This document shows, piece after piece, positions 20,975-30,371 of a stretch of DNA of 64,000 bases (the first letter of the stretch is position 1; each line of letters begins with the position of its first letter). The notes under the pieces are model-generated. The model saw only the letters and a program-made list of their open reading frames with translations, was not told where the DNA came from and searched no databases. The stretch is from an uncultured Veillonellaceae bacterium (GTDB lineage: Bacteria; Bacillota; Negativicutes; Veillonellales; Megasphaeraceae). The DNA lies in assembly GCA_900546795.1 (NCBI GenBank), contig UREG01000001.1, positions 29,845-93,844 on the forward strand. The letters are read 5' to 3'. A program made the position numbers and the translations under genes.

Positions 20975-21700
20975 ATGAAACGCCCATATATCATTTGCCA
21001 TATGCTCACCGCATTGGACGGAAAAATTGCCGGCGCCTCCCTGCAGCTTGCGCAGGTACAGCCTTTGACCGCTGCGTATGCTAAAATCCGGGAAGACTAC
21101 CGAGCAGACGCCTGGGCATATGGAACTACGACTACGAAAGAATTCACTCAAAACCGCCGTCCGGTTATAATTCCGTCCGATACTACTGTACCGGACGGCG
21201 ACTACATCGCCCGCAGGGATATTCCGTTTTACTACATATCGATCGATACCTTAGGCGAAATTGGCTGGGAGTCGGGAATCTTTCAAAAAGAAGGCCGCCC
21301 GGATGCCCATGTTGTCGAAGTGCTGACCGAGTCCACACCGCTTTCTTACCGCGTCTACTTACGCCGCCAAGGCGTCTCTTATATCCTGGCCGGCAAACAC
21401 ACGTTAGACTGCCGGATCGCCGCGCAAAAGCTGGCTTCCCTATTTGGCATCGCCACGCTGCTCCTTTGCGGCGGCGGGGTCGTCAACTATTCGTTTCTAT
21501 GTCAGGACAGCATTGATGAACTCAGCCTGGTCCTTGCTCCCACAGCCGACGGCAATTGTCAGACGCCAGCGCTCTTTTCCTCGTCTTCCTTTATTCAAAC
21601 GCCGGCTGCCGCCGCTTTCTCTTTAGAGGACGTGCGCCGGATCGAGCCAGACGGCGTATATCTCCGGTATCGCCGCACCTATTCCACCGAATGTCAATGA
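20975..21700 (+). CDS. RibD C-terminal domain / DHFR-like reductase family protein.
   Basis: 241 aa. The N-terminus MKRPYIICHMLTALDGKIAG is typical of bacterial deaminase-reductase C-terminal domain proteins. Confidence 0.65.
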   Translation: MKRPYIICHMLTALDGKIAGASLQLAQVQPLTAAYAKIREDYRADAWAYGTTTTKEFTQNRRPVIIPSDTTVPDGDYIARRDIPFYYISIDTLGEIGWESGIFQKEGRPDAHVVEVLTESTPLSYRVYLRRQGVSYILAGKHTLDCRIAAQKLASLFGIATLLLCGGGVVNYSFLCQDSIDELSLVLAPTADGNCQTPALFSSSSFIQTPAAAAFSLEDVRRIEPDGVYLRYRRTYSTECQ

Positions 21701-21712
21701 AAGGACTTTGCC

Positions 21713-22249
21713 ATGAAAAAACAAATTCTGCTTCTTGCCGGCAGCCCGCGCAAAAACGGCAACTCCGACACTCTCTGCAATTCTTTTAAAAAAGGCTGTG
21801 AAGAACAAGGCCATCAGGTACAAAAAATCTATCTGCAGGATCAGCATATCCAAGGCTGCACCGCCTGCTATGCCTGTAAAAAACTGGGACACTGCATTCT
21901 GAAAGACGACGCTGCCGAGGTCCAGCGCGCGATGATTCAGGCAGACGTCATCGTTTTGGCTTCCCCGGTATACTTTTACAGTATTTCCGGCCAGTTAAAA
22001 ACATTGATCGACCGCTGTCTGTCCTGCGCCGCGAAATTATCGGGGAAAGACTTCTATTTCCTGCTTACCGCGGCGGACAGCAAAGAAGAAATGAAACGGG
22101 CCGCCGATGCGCTCACCGGTTTTACAGACTGCATCTCCGGCTCCCGGGTAAAAGGCATCGTCTATGGGGACGGCGCATGGCAGCTGGGCGATATCCAGGG
22201 CCATCCGGCTTTAGAGGAAGCCTATCAGCTGGGAAAACAAATCCAATAA
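21713..22249 (+). CDS. NADPH-dependent FMN reductase / iron-sulfur flavoprotein-like (flavodoxin fold).
   Basis: LLAGSPRKNGNS motif and CTACYAC cysteines. 12 nt downstream of the RibD_C gene. Confidence 0.75.
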   Translation: MKKQILLLAGSPRKNGNSDTLCNSFKKGCEEQGHQVQKIYLQDQHIQGCTACYACKKLGHCILKDDAAEVQRAMIQADVIVLASPVYFYSISGQLKTLIDRCLSCAAKLSGKDFYFLLTAADSKEEMKRAADALTGFTDCISGSRVKGIVYGDGAWQLGDIQGHPALEEAYQLGKQIQ

Positions 22250-22382
22250 CAGTACAGTCAGACAGTTTCTTTCTAAGATCTACCGATATGCTGTATCTGC
22301 CTTCCTTCTCTTTCAAAAGAATCTTTGCATTGTTATTAAAAAAATCCAGCAACTCCCGATGCTTCATATATCTATCCACTCA

Positions 22383-22428
22383 AAAAAACAAGGAAGCCGT
22401 TTTATATAAAACGGCTTCCTTATTTTTC
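22383..22428. terminator. Bidirectional terminator between the FMN reductase gene (+) and the TonB receptor (-).
   Basis: AAGGAAGCCGTTTTA-TAT-AAAACGGCTTCCTT perfect palindrome flanked by A-runs and T-runs. Confidence 0.8.
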
Positions 22429-22465
22429 TGTATTCTATTTTTCTATTTTCTATCGAGTGTCCCGC

Positions 22466-24388
22466 TTAGATCTTCCATTCTGCGCCGACACGCCAGAGAC
22501 GGCCTTCGACGTTGAGATCGTAGATCTCTTTTCCAAGGATATTATCGACAGCAGCAAAAACTCGCCGCCCTTCACCCAGCCGTTTGTTTACCGCCAGATT
22601 CAGCGTATTATAGGAATAATCCTGACCGGAAGAAGACGTTCCGTGCGTACCGCCGCTTCTCATATCCGTTACAAATTCGTCCCACAGCGTAACGCTTACG
22701 CCATGGCTGGAACCGCTGTCGTAGTTTAACTCCAGACGGCTGATATTTTTAGCCCGGCTTTCCAGACGATTGCCATCGCCGTCTTCTGCCGTCAGCCAGT
22801 TGCTCGTTGCCCGAACCTGCCAGTTGTCGCTGATCTTTTGTTTTACTTCCAGCTCCACGCCTTTGAGTACCGCTTCCGATACGTTTACATACCCATACCG
22901 CCGGTTCCCTAAGTTCGTCCAGTTGATCAGATTGTCTACCTTATTATGGAAGTAGGTTACTTTTGCAGCCGTCTTGCCAAACTCTGCTTCGTACCCAATA
23001 TCCCAGTTATTCGATTCTTCCGCTTCCAAATCCGGGTTCCCTACGATATCAAACATGCCGAAATGGCTGATCGAACCGTACAATTCCGTCAATGTCGGCG
23101 CTTTAAACCCTTTGCCCCAGTTTGCTTTTATCCGACGCGTGTCATTGATAAAATACGTGGCTCCGATTTTCGGCGTCGTCTTGCTGCCAAAATCGTCATA
23201 ATGGTCGTACCGCACCGATGGAATGACCAGGAGAGAATCCGACACGAGCCATTCGTCCTGAATATACCCGGCATACATATTCAGATCCCGGCTGTCTGCA
23301 TTCGAGCCCAAATTGTCCCCTTCCACCGTATTGCTGCGATACTCTGCGCCAACCGTAAGCAAATGACGGTCATTAAGCTGGATCGAATCCTTGCCTTCCA
23401 CGCCCCAAAGCGTAAAATCATTCTGCGCTTCTCTGGCTTTAAACGTAAAGTCGGCCCAGTTCATGGCAATATCAAATTTTTTCTTTTCCAGCTTGCTGTA
23501 ATACGTCCGGAACATATAATCGCTGCGGTCCGTTTTTCCGCTGTAACCCAAGCTGTAATCAAACCGTCTTGCTTTCACATAGCCGTTTTCCAGGCCTTCG
23601 CCAAACGCCGTATAATCCGATCCCAGATTAATATCGGAGTTTTCATTGTAATAACCGATTCGGAAATCAAACGCCCGGTTGGCATCCAGCGTATACTTGC
23701 CGGAAAATCCAAAGGTCTGCCGCGGCCCATGATAATACGTCCCCGGCCCTTCTCCGACCAGGCGCCACCGCTGCTGTTCAAACCGCGCGTCGATGGTGCC
23801 GCTGAACTTGCCGTATCTGCCCAGATCCCAGCGGTAATAATTACTCATCGCTTCCGTTCCGGCAGACGCGCCTACAGTAAACGACGGTTTGCCGTCTGAT
23901 TCTTTTGTAATAATATTGATTACCCCTCCGATAGCGTCCGAACCATACTGAGCGGAAGCCGCCCCCCGCACGATTTCGATCCGTTCAATGTTCGATAAAT
24001 TGATGCGATCCAGCGCATATACATTGGCAGTTTCGTTCGTATCTTCATCTGCCATGCGCAGTCCGTTGATCAGAATCAAATTGTCGTTTGAATTTGTCCC
24101 GCGGATCTGTACATTATGACCGGCAGCCTGCGGCCGAACGTCCACATTCGAAGCCAATTTCAGTGCCTGATAAACATCAGCAGCCCCTAACCGCTCTATA
24201 TCTTCTGCCGTGATCACCTCTACTGTACTGGGAACTGCCTTCAATTCCGCTTCCGTTCTCGTAGCGGTTACCACTACGGCGTCCGTATCAAATACAGAGT
24301 CTGCCGCCCAAGCCGGCGCTGCCATCCATAAGACGACGGCGCAGGAAATCATGCCGTACCGTACCATTCGTGCTTTGCGTACTTCCAT
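22466..24388 (-). CDS. TonB-dependent outer-membrane receptor (BtuB/siderophore-type).
   Basis: 640 aa. Signal peptide, TonB-box-like DAVVVTATR, plug and beta-barrel repeats. The C-terminus ends in I rather than F/W. Confidence 0.88.
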   Translation of the reverse strand: MEVRKARMVRYGMISCAVVLWMAAPAWAADSVFDTDAVVVTATRTEAELKAVPSTVEVITAEDIERLGAADVYQALKLASNVDVRPQAAGHNVQIRGTNSNDNLILINGLRMADEDTNETANVYALDRINLSNIERIEIVRGAASAQYGSDAIGGVINIITKESDGKPSFTVGASAGTEAMSNYYRWDLGRYGKFSGTIDARFEQQRWRLVGEGPGTYYHGPRQTFGFSGKYTLDANRAFDFRIGYYNENSDINLGSDYTAFGEGLENGYVKARRFDYSLGYSGKTDRSDYMFRTYYSKLEKKKFDIAMNWADFTFKAREAQNDFTLWGVEGKDSIQLNDRHLLTVGAEYRSNTVEGDNLGSNADSRDLNMYAGYIQDEWLVSDSLLVIPSVRYDHYDDFGSKTTPKIGATYFINDTRRIKANWGKGFKAPTLTELYGSISHFGMFDIVGNPDLEAEESNNWDIGYEAEFGKTAAKVTYFHNKVDNLINWTNLGNRRYGYVNVSEAVLKGVELEVKQKISDNWQVRATSNWLTAEDGDGNRLESRAKNISRLELNYDSGSSHGVSVTLWDEFVTDMRSGGTHGTSSSGQDYSYNTLNLAVNKRLGEGRRVFAAVDNILGKEIYDLNVEGRLWRVGAEWKI

Positions 24389-24733
24389 TCTTCCATCTCC
24401 TCATACATTGGATTCTGCTATTGATTCTTAACTAAATCAATAATTCTTGTCAATTTTATCACAAGATTTTATAAAATCCTAGGGAAATATCAGAGAATTT
24501 TCTCATCTTTTTATATGTTATTCACATATTTTATATCATTTTTGAATATATGTCCTTCTTATTCAGTGTTTTAGATTATGATTGATGCTGCCTTATTTTT
24601 GAGCTGCTGTCCCTGCCGTTCCTTTCTGATAAAGAACAGCAGCGCCCGCTCCTCGCCCATTATTATTTGAAAATATCCTCATTTTATTTTATGCGCAGCT
24701 ATCATTTATCAACCGCATCTTATTTTCAATATT

Positions 24734-25000
24734 TTGGGTCATCCCCTTCCTGCTCCCCACCTTACGCCGAGAGATGCAGCCTTTATCGCGGCACCGTGCT
24801 GTGCCCGGGAAGGCAATATCAACGGCATAGATGGAGCGACGGTTTGCGGAGCGTTGGGATATGCCATGGCGGACGCAGCGTATGCAAAACAGGTTGTACT
24901 GCCTAAGCGGCACGAAGCTGGAATATATCAGCATTCCGGGGAATCAGGCAGATTATTCGGAGCGTCTCCTGCTCAGAAATATTCTTTCACCTTCAACTAA
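24734..25000 (+). pseudogene. Decayed fragment of a citrate lyase alpha-subunit (citF) paralogue, frameshifted, about 190 bp of recognisable homology.
   Basis: Peptides AAFIAAPCCAREGNINGIDGATVCGALGYAMADAAYAKQVV and SGTKLEYISIPGNQADY lie in two frames. They match CitF (34739-36244) residues IAAPCCDREGNINGVDGTTACGSLGYAMVDAAYAKQVV...TKLEYISILGNQVDY. Nucleotides 24778-24965 are about 85% identical to the reverse complement of 35596-35793. Confidence 0.6.
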
Positions 25001-25069
25001 AAAAGAGGCACATAAAAGTGCCTCTTTGCGGCTTCCGCCGCTTTATATTTTCTTTTGTCCGGTTACTTT

Positions 25070-26032
25070 TCAAAAATACTCTGGATATACCAACTTTGCC
25101 ATATATTCTGCTGCTTCTGCAATATGGTGAGAGGTGCAATACCGATACTTTTCAGGAAATTTATACACTTCCTTTTGCTGTATACATTTCAAATGTACAT
25201 AGGCCGGATCTGATTTTACTTGCTCAAAATACTCGTCAGGATCTTTTTCTCCCTTAGCATTCCAGGCCGGCAATAACAATACATCAGGATTTAATTGAAG
25301 AATCCGCTCCTTGCTTACCACCACGCTGCTTTTGGTTGGAATAATTTCCATTCCGTTTCTTACATGACTTGCCTGACAAAGTATAGCAAATACATGCTGC
25401 ATGATGCCAAACGTTCCATTATAGGTAAGCTCTATTACTGTTTTTCGCTTATCTTTCTCTATCCTTTGCAAACGCTGATCTAATGCCTGCAGCCTCTGAT
25501 CCATATTCTGTATCAGTTGCTGACCTTTTTCCTCTTTGCGTACGACAGCAGATATTTTTCGTATCATATGCCGTATCCCTTCGATAGACTCCGGAGATTT
25601 TATTTCAAAAACGGGTATCTTCATATCCACCAGTGTCTGATACAATTCCGGCTTTACTCCATCGGATACAAAAACGATATCCGGCTGCAAGGATAATATT
25701 TTCTCCGCCGAAATAGGATTCGTATACCGCTGCGCTGCGAAAGCTGCCTTTTTGCTTGTCATGGAATACGCTGGATCCAAAGATAAATTAGACACTGCTG
25801 CAATCTGTTCCACTGCCACCAAATCAAAAACTACATCTTGAATAGCATTGTTCAAACACAAAATGCGGTGGGGCGGAGCTGGAAAAAATATCTCTTTTCC
25901 TCTATCATCCACCACTGTATACGACACATCTGCCTGTGTATCAGATTTGCTGCTGCCATTAGATTCCAGCAAGCAGCCGGCAGCCAATATACTGCATATC
26001 AATAAAATTATAAACCAAATCCATTTCATCAC
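25070..26032 (-). CDS. ABC-type periplasmic substrate-binding lipoprotein, iron-siderophore / cobalamin class (FecB/BtuF-like).
   Basis: 320 aa with a lipoprotein signal (LAAGC). Its position between two TonB-dependent receptors fits an Fe-siderophore / cobalamin binding protein. Confidence 0.82.
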   Translation of the reverse strand: MMKWIWFIILLICSILAAGCLLESNGSSKSDTQADVSYTVVDDRGKEIFFPAPPHRILCLNNAIQDVVFDLVAVEQIAAVSNLSLDPAYSMTSKKAAFAAQRYTNPISAEKILSLQPDIVFVSDGVKPELYQTLVDMKIPVFEIKSPESIEGIRHMIRKISAVVRKEEKGQQLIQNMDQRLQALDQRLQRIEKDKRKTVIELTYNGTFGIMQHVFAILCQASHVRNGMEIIPTKSSVVVSKERILQLNPDVLLLPAWNAKGEKDPDEYFEQVKSDPAYVHLKCIQQKEVYKFPEKYRYCTSHHIAEAAEYMAKLVYPEYF

Positions 26033-26065
26033 AGCCTGCTTTTAGATTCACTCTCCATCATCCGA

Positions 26066-28051
26066 TTAAAACGAGTATTCATATCCAATACTGAAATTTC
26101 GGCCTAATGTATAGTAGGTAGAAGACGACGAGGTAGTAATGTCACGGCGGTCCAAGATATTATCCATATTAAAATAAATTCGGCTGCTTTCCGTAGGACG
26201 GTAGGAAAGATTGATGTCTGTAAACAGCTGCGGCCGCATCGATTCCTGGCTTGCCAAATCTCTCGTACGTTTTCCAAGATAATTCATGTTAAGCGCTCCG
26301 GAAAATTTATCTTTCGTATACGTCACACCTGCATTTAATTGAAGTTTACCATAGTAATTCCGCCATTCACTGAATTCAAAACTATTCCCCAACGCATCTT
26401 TTGCCGTTCTCTTTTTCGGTTCGCTATAAGAAATTCCATAATTGAACGTGAATCCATTCCCCGCATCAACATCGCACGTCAATTCAATCCCTGTATTTTT
26501 GATATCTTCGTTACTGTATTTTACAGTCCCCATCTCGACATTATCCCAACTCGATTCGATAAAGTCGTTGATTTTATAATTATATACAGCTAACCGCCAA
26601 GCTTGATTGCCGATATTTCTCTTGAGTCCAACTTCATAGTGTTCACCATGCTGGGGTTTCAAGTCCGCGTTTGCGATGATATTGCCGGAACCATATATCT
26701 GACTAAAAGTCGGCAGCATGAAAGACCGGCCGGCTTTTGCATACAAGGTACTGTTATCGCTAAGCTCATACAAATATTCTACCTCTGGCAAAAACTTACT
26801 GAACTCCTGCCCTTCCGTAGAGCTGCCTGTCCAAGTTTCACGCATATTAATATTCAAGGTAGACCGATTATTTATATTCCATCCATATTGTCCATATACG
26901 GAATATACATTTCTCTGATAATCATTGCCTGAATGGTCTGTCTCTGTATCTTTCCCTGTATCCAACATATCTTTTTGTATATTCAGCCCTAACAGAGCTG
27001 TTCCCATTTTCCAGTCCCACCGTTTTGATGTGTCGATGCCAAAAGAACGGTCATCATTTACCGAATGATCCCGTTTCGTATTTGCAGGATCAAACTTGCT
27101 GGAGGATGCGCTGTTTCTGGCAGTAACGTTATCCGTTTCCTGTTTACGATTGTTATAATACAAAACCCCTTTTACACCATCTTTATCATAATGAAGCCCC
27201 ATCATATTTTCCCGAGTTTTATGAATGGCATTCTTATAGTCAGCTCCTGCAGCCGCTGGATTGTTTCGTCCGTCATATCGATATACATAATGCGCATTAT
27301 TTTTACCATACGTATGCGTAAAGTATATATTGTCATTAAAATTATACCGCCAGTTGAAGTTGTTTCGTTCTACATCTTTGATATTATAATACATGCCTGC
27401 TGGACGTCCCGTTGCAGGATCAGAGATATTATCTATATCCCCCAATTTATCATAACTATAGGTCAATCCCAATTTTCCCATCTGAGCACTGACAGAATGG
27501 TTTTGCATGCCATAATTGCCAAAAGAAGTACGGACTGCATTTTTTCTCGTACCTTTTGTAATAATATTAATAACACCGCCAGTTGCTTCACTGCCAAACA
27601 GCACGGCTCCGCCGCCGCGGATCACTTCCACTCGTTCTATAGAATCCAGCGGAATATCATCTAAATTATATCTTCCACTCTGATTCAGCGAAACTCCGTC
27701 TACTAATACCAAGGTCCCTTTTTCTACTCCACGAATAATAATTTTGCTAGTCATCGTTCCCTGGGATACACCTTTTGGCCCTTGCGCCTGATATGTTATT
27801 CCAATACCATATTTCAGTGCATCTTGCAAATTGGACGCTCCGGTTTGCTGCAGCTCTTCCTGCGTAAATACATCTACTGCCGCTGGAGTTTTCAAATCTG
27901 ACGTTTCTCGCCGCTGCGCTGTAACCACTAAAGGATCCAGCTGAAAAGACTGTAATTCATCTTCCGCAAATGCAGTCAGCATTCCACCCATCAATACGCT
28001 GCATGTTACCGCCCCTATTAATACGCCACTCTTTCTCTCCCATTTCTTCAT
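26066..28051 (-). CDS. TonB-dependent outer-membrane receptor, second copy.
   Basis: 661 aa. Signal peptide, TonB box DPLVVTAQR, plug, barrel, and a canonical C-terminal aromatic (…YEYSF). Confidence 0.9.
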   Translation of the reverse strand: MKKWERKSGVLIGAVTCSVLMGGMLTAFAEDELQSFQLDPLVVTAQRRETSDLKTPAAVDVFTQEELQQTGASNLQDALKYGIGITYQAQGPKGVSQGTMTSKIIIRGVEKGTLVLVDGVSLNQSGRYNLDDIPLDSIERVEVIRGGGAVLFGSEATGGVINIITKGTRKNAVRTSFGNYGMQNHSVSAQMGKLGLTYSYDKLGDIDNISDPATGRPAGMYYNIKDVERNNFNWRYNFNDNIYFTHTYGKNNAHYVYRYDGRNNPAAAGADYKNAIHKTRENMMGLHYDKDGVKGVLYYNNRKQETDNVTARNSASSSKFDPANTKRDHSVNDDRSFGIDTSKRWDWKMGTALLGLNIQKDMLDTGKDTETDHSGNDYQRNVYSVYGQYGWNINNRSTLNINMRETWTGSSTEGQEFSKFLPEVEYLYELSDNSTLYAKAGRSFMLPTFSQIYGSGNIIANADLKPQHGEHYEVGLKRNIGNQAWRLAVYNYKINDFIESSWDNVEMGTVKYSNEDIKNTGIELTCDVDAGNGFTFNYGISYSEPKKRTAKDALGNSFEFSEWRNYYGKLQLNAGVTYTKDKFSGALNMNYLGKRTRDLASQESMRPQLFTDINLSYRPTESSRIYFNMDNILDRRDITTSSSSTYYTLGRNFSIGYEYSF

Positions 28052-28227
28052 CTCTGCACCTCATATGCTCTATTCTTTTTATAAAACGGCAAGCTTCCGT
28101 TTTACCTATCACCATTACAGATAAAATTTTTATTTTATCTGTAATGATATTTTTTATGAGGCATATTATAAACTATATACTTAGCATATATTCAAGCAAT
28201 AATTTTATATTTTTATTATTTTTCGGC

Positions 28228-28260
28228 AAAAAAGCACTCGAGGGAGAGTGCTTTTTTTAT
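28228..28260. terminator. Terminator downstream of the HMGL-like gene (end of the minus-strand catabolic operon).
   Basis: AGCACTC-GAGGGAG-GAGTGCT hairpin with A-run and T-run flanks. Confidence 0.75.
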
Positions 28261-28264
28261 CGTT

Positions 28265-29203
28265 CTACATTTTCTTTTGTCCGGTTACTTTTTCTTTTAT
28301 CAAATCCGAGCATTTTCCGGCTTTCAGCATATAGCTTTCCGTGTCATGACCGACATATTCCCGTACTTTTTTCGATAACGCGATCAGCTTATCCAGATCG
28401 ATGCCCGTTTCAATCCCCATTTCATGCAGCATATGAACGATATCTTCCGTGCAAGCATTGCCGGACGCTCCCGGTGCGTAGGGGCAGCCGCCCAGGCCGG
28501 AAAACGATCCGTCAAAGTTGACGATCCCCGCCTGCATGGCGGTAATAATGCAAGCCATCGCCATGTCCCGGGTGTTGTGCAGATGCAGGTTCCACTGTAC
28601 ATCGGGATATTTCTGCGTAAAATAGCTGCATTTTTCATATACTTCTTTCGGGTTTGCCATGCCGGTCGTATCGGACAGCGACAGTTCGGTGATTCCCAGT
28701 GCCGTCAGCTCTTTGACGATCGATTCAATTTTTGGTATCTCGATTTTTCCTTCAAAGGGGCAGCCGAACGCCGTCGACATTGCGCCGGAAACTTCCATCC
28801 CCTGACTGCGCGCCACGGCTACGCATTCGCGAAAACTGCGGACCGTTTCTTCCGGCGTGCGGTTGAAATTGCTCAGATTGTGAGAGGTGCTGACGGATAC
28901 GGTAAGTTTTACTTTTTTGACGCCTGCGGCCGCCGCCCGTTCCACGCCTTTCAAGTTGGTGATCAGCGCCCGATATTCCACATCATCCCGTTTATGAAGG
29001 CGCGCATACATTTCATCGGTATCCGCCAAAGCGGGAATGGCTTTAGGATGGACAAACGAACCGATTTCAATTTGCTTCAATCCGGCTTCCGCCGCCAGTT
29101 CGATCAATTCCGCTTTCTGTTCTATGGTCAATCGCTGCTTCTCGTTTTGCAGGCCGTCTCGGGGCCCTACTTCACATATATATACCCGTTTTGGAAATTT
29201 CAT
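28265..29203 (-). CDS. HMG-CoA lyase family (DRE-TIM metallolyase) acyl-CoA lyase. Candidate hydroxymethylglutaryl-CoA or (R)-citramalyl-CoA lyase.
   Basis: 312 aa. EVGPRDGLQNE N-terminal motif and HxH metal ligands (NLHLHNTRDMA) typical of HMGL-like enzymes. Confidence 0.85.
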   Translation of the reverse strand: MKFPKRVYICEVGPRDGLQNEKQRLTIEQKAELIELAAEAGLKQIEIGSFVHPKAIPALADTDEMYARLHKRDDVEYRALITNLKGVERAAAAGVKKVKLTVSVSTSHNLSNFNRTPEETVRSFRECVAVARSQGMEVSGAMSTAFGCPFEGKIEIPKIESIVKELTALGITELSLSDTTGMANPKEVYEKCSYFTQKYPDVQWNLHLHNTRDMAMACIITAMQAGIVNFDGSFSGLGGCPYAPGASGNACTEDIVHMLHEMGIETGIDLDKLIALSKKVREYVGHDTESYMLKAGKCSDLIKEKVTGQKKM

Positions 29204-29214
29204 ATTCTCATCTC

Positions 29215-30351
29215 CTATATGGCTTCAATCGATTTATACACTACGCTGCCCCTGCATACCGTCATCTGCGGCACGATGGCCTGAGAGCCGGTCCGTTTCC
29301 GTTTTTGCGTATCTCCAAATACAATTGTTTTTTCTTTTACTTTAAAAACGGTGATATCCCCTTCATATCCCGGCTCCAGCCGCCCCAGCATATCGGCGAG
29401 ACCCAGCGCCTTTGCCGGCGTATAGGTGCAGGCAGCCAAGATATCTTCCAGCTTCATGCCCAGCAGAAGATATTTGGACAACACGTAAGGGAGAGAAAAT
29501 ACCGGATCTTTATACAATGTTTTTACGGTAATATCCGTCGATATGATATCCGGCAAAAATCCCTGTTCTATCCCGGCCTGCGCCACTTCAAACGACCAGT
29601 GGTTGCTGCCGTTGGCCGCATCTATGATAACGCCTCGTTTCTGCGCGTCCCTTACTTCAGGATATACTTCCCCTTTTTCGTTCAAGATCGTATTTCCCGT
29701 TCCATGATAACAGTGGGCCAGCGTATCTCCCGGCCGCAGCGCAGACGCAGCTTCATCAAGTGTAATAGGCGAATCGGTGGTGTGTACGGTAACCGGCACC
29801 CCCAGCCGTTCTGCCAGTTTCAGCATGGCGTAAAACGGCCGGCTGCCCAATTCTTTTGCAATACCTTTGCTGCTGCGCATTTTCAAGCCTTTCCAGATCG
29901 CAGGATACGAGGTCAGCATCGCCTGAATCCCTTCTTCGTCCCAATATTTCGGATCCAGATCTTCATGAAATTTCATCGTCCCCATACCTGTCGGGCACAC
30001 GTTCAACAGCCCGTATATCCGCATTTCACTTCGATATACAATATTTTCTATAAAGCTTCTGGCGGTTGCCACTCCCGAGCTTCCTGCATCTACGGCTGTG
30101 CAGACGCCCTGCGGGAAAAAGTTGCTGTCCGTATCAATCCCTATTTCTGTCGTGTGGGGAAATACATGGGCGTGATAGTCGATCCAGCCTGCGGAAACAT
30201 AATACCCGTCGGCATCAAATTCTATCACCGGAGCTTGTATCTCTTCTTCCCTGCATATTTTTCCGGCATGTACATATACGTCCCGTTTAGTAAACGTCCG
30301 CTCGATCGGATCAAAGACGCTGCCGTTTCGAATAATCAAATCCTGCCTCAT
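29215..30351 (-). CDS. Amidohydrolase-superfamily metal-dependent hydrolase (deacetylase / cyclic amidase-like).
   Basis: 378 aa. HxH motif (IDYHAHV) near the N-terminus and a TIM-barrel amidohydrolase pattern. Substrate unknown. Confidence 0.72.
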   Translation of the reverse strand: MRQDLIIRNGSVFDPIERTFTKRDVYVHAGKICREEEIQAPVIEFDADGYYVSAGWIDYHAHVFPHTTEIGIDTDSNFFPQGVCTAVDAGSSGVATARSFIENIVYRSEMRIYGLLNVCPTGMGTMKFHEDLDPKYWDEEGIQAMLTSYPAIWKGLKMRSSKGIAKELGSRPFYAMLKLAERLGVPVTVHTTDSPITLDEAASALRPGDTLAHCYHGTGNTILNEKGEVYPEVRDAQKRGVIIDAANGSNHWSFEVAQAGIEQGFLPDIISTDITVKTLYKDPVFSLPYVLSKYLLLGMKLEDILAACTYTPAKALGLADMLGRLEPGYEGDITVFKVKEKTIVFGDTQKRKRTGSQAIVPQMTVCRGSVVYKSIEAI

Positions 30352-30371
30352 CGTTTACCTCCCGTCTATTT

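Noticed and set aside
24389-24733. Cobalamin riboswitch or Fur box upstream of the first TonB-dependent receptor
   Set aside because: A long-loop hairpin (GCTGCTGT...ACAGCAGC) is present, but no B12-box (GCCACTG-like) or 19-bp Fur palindrome could be identified by inspection. This needs a covariance-model search.
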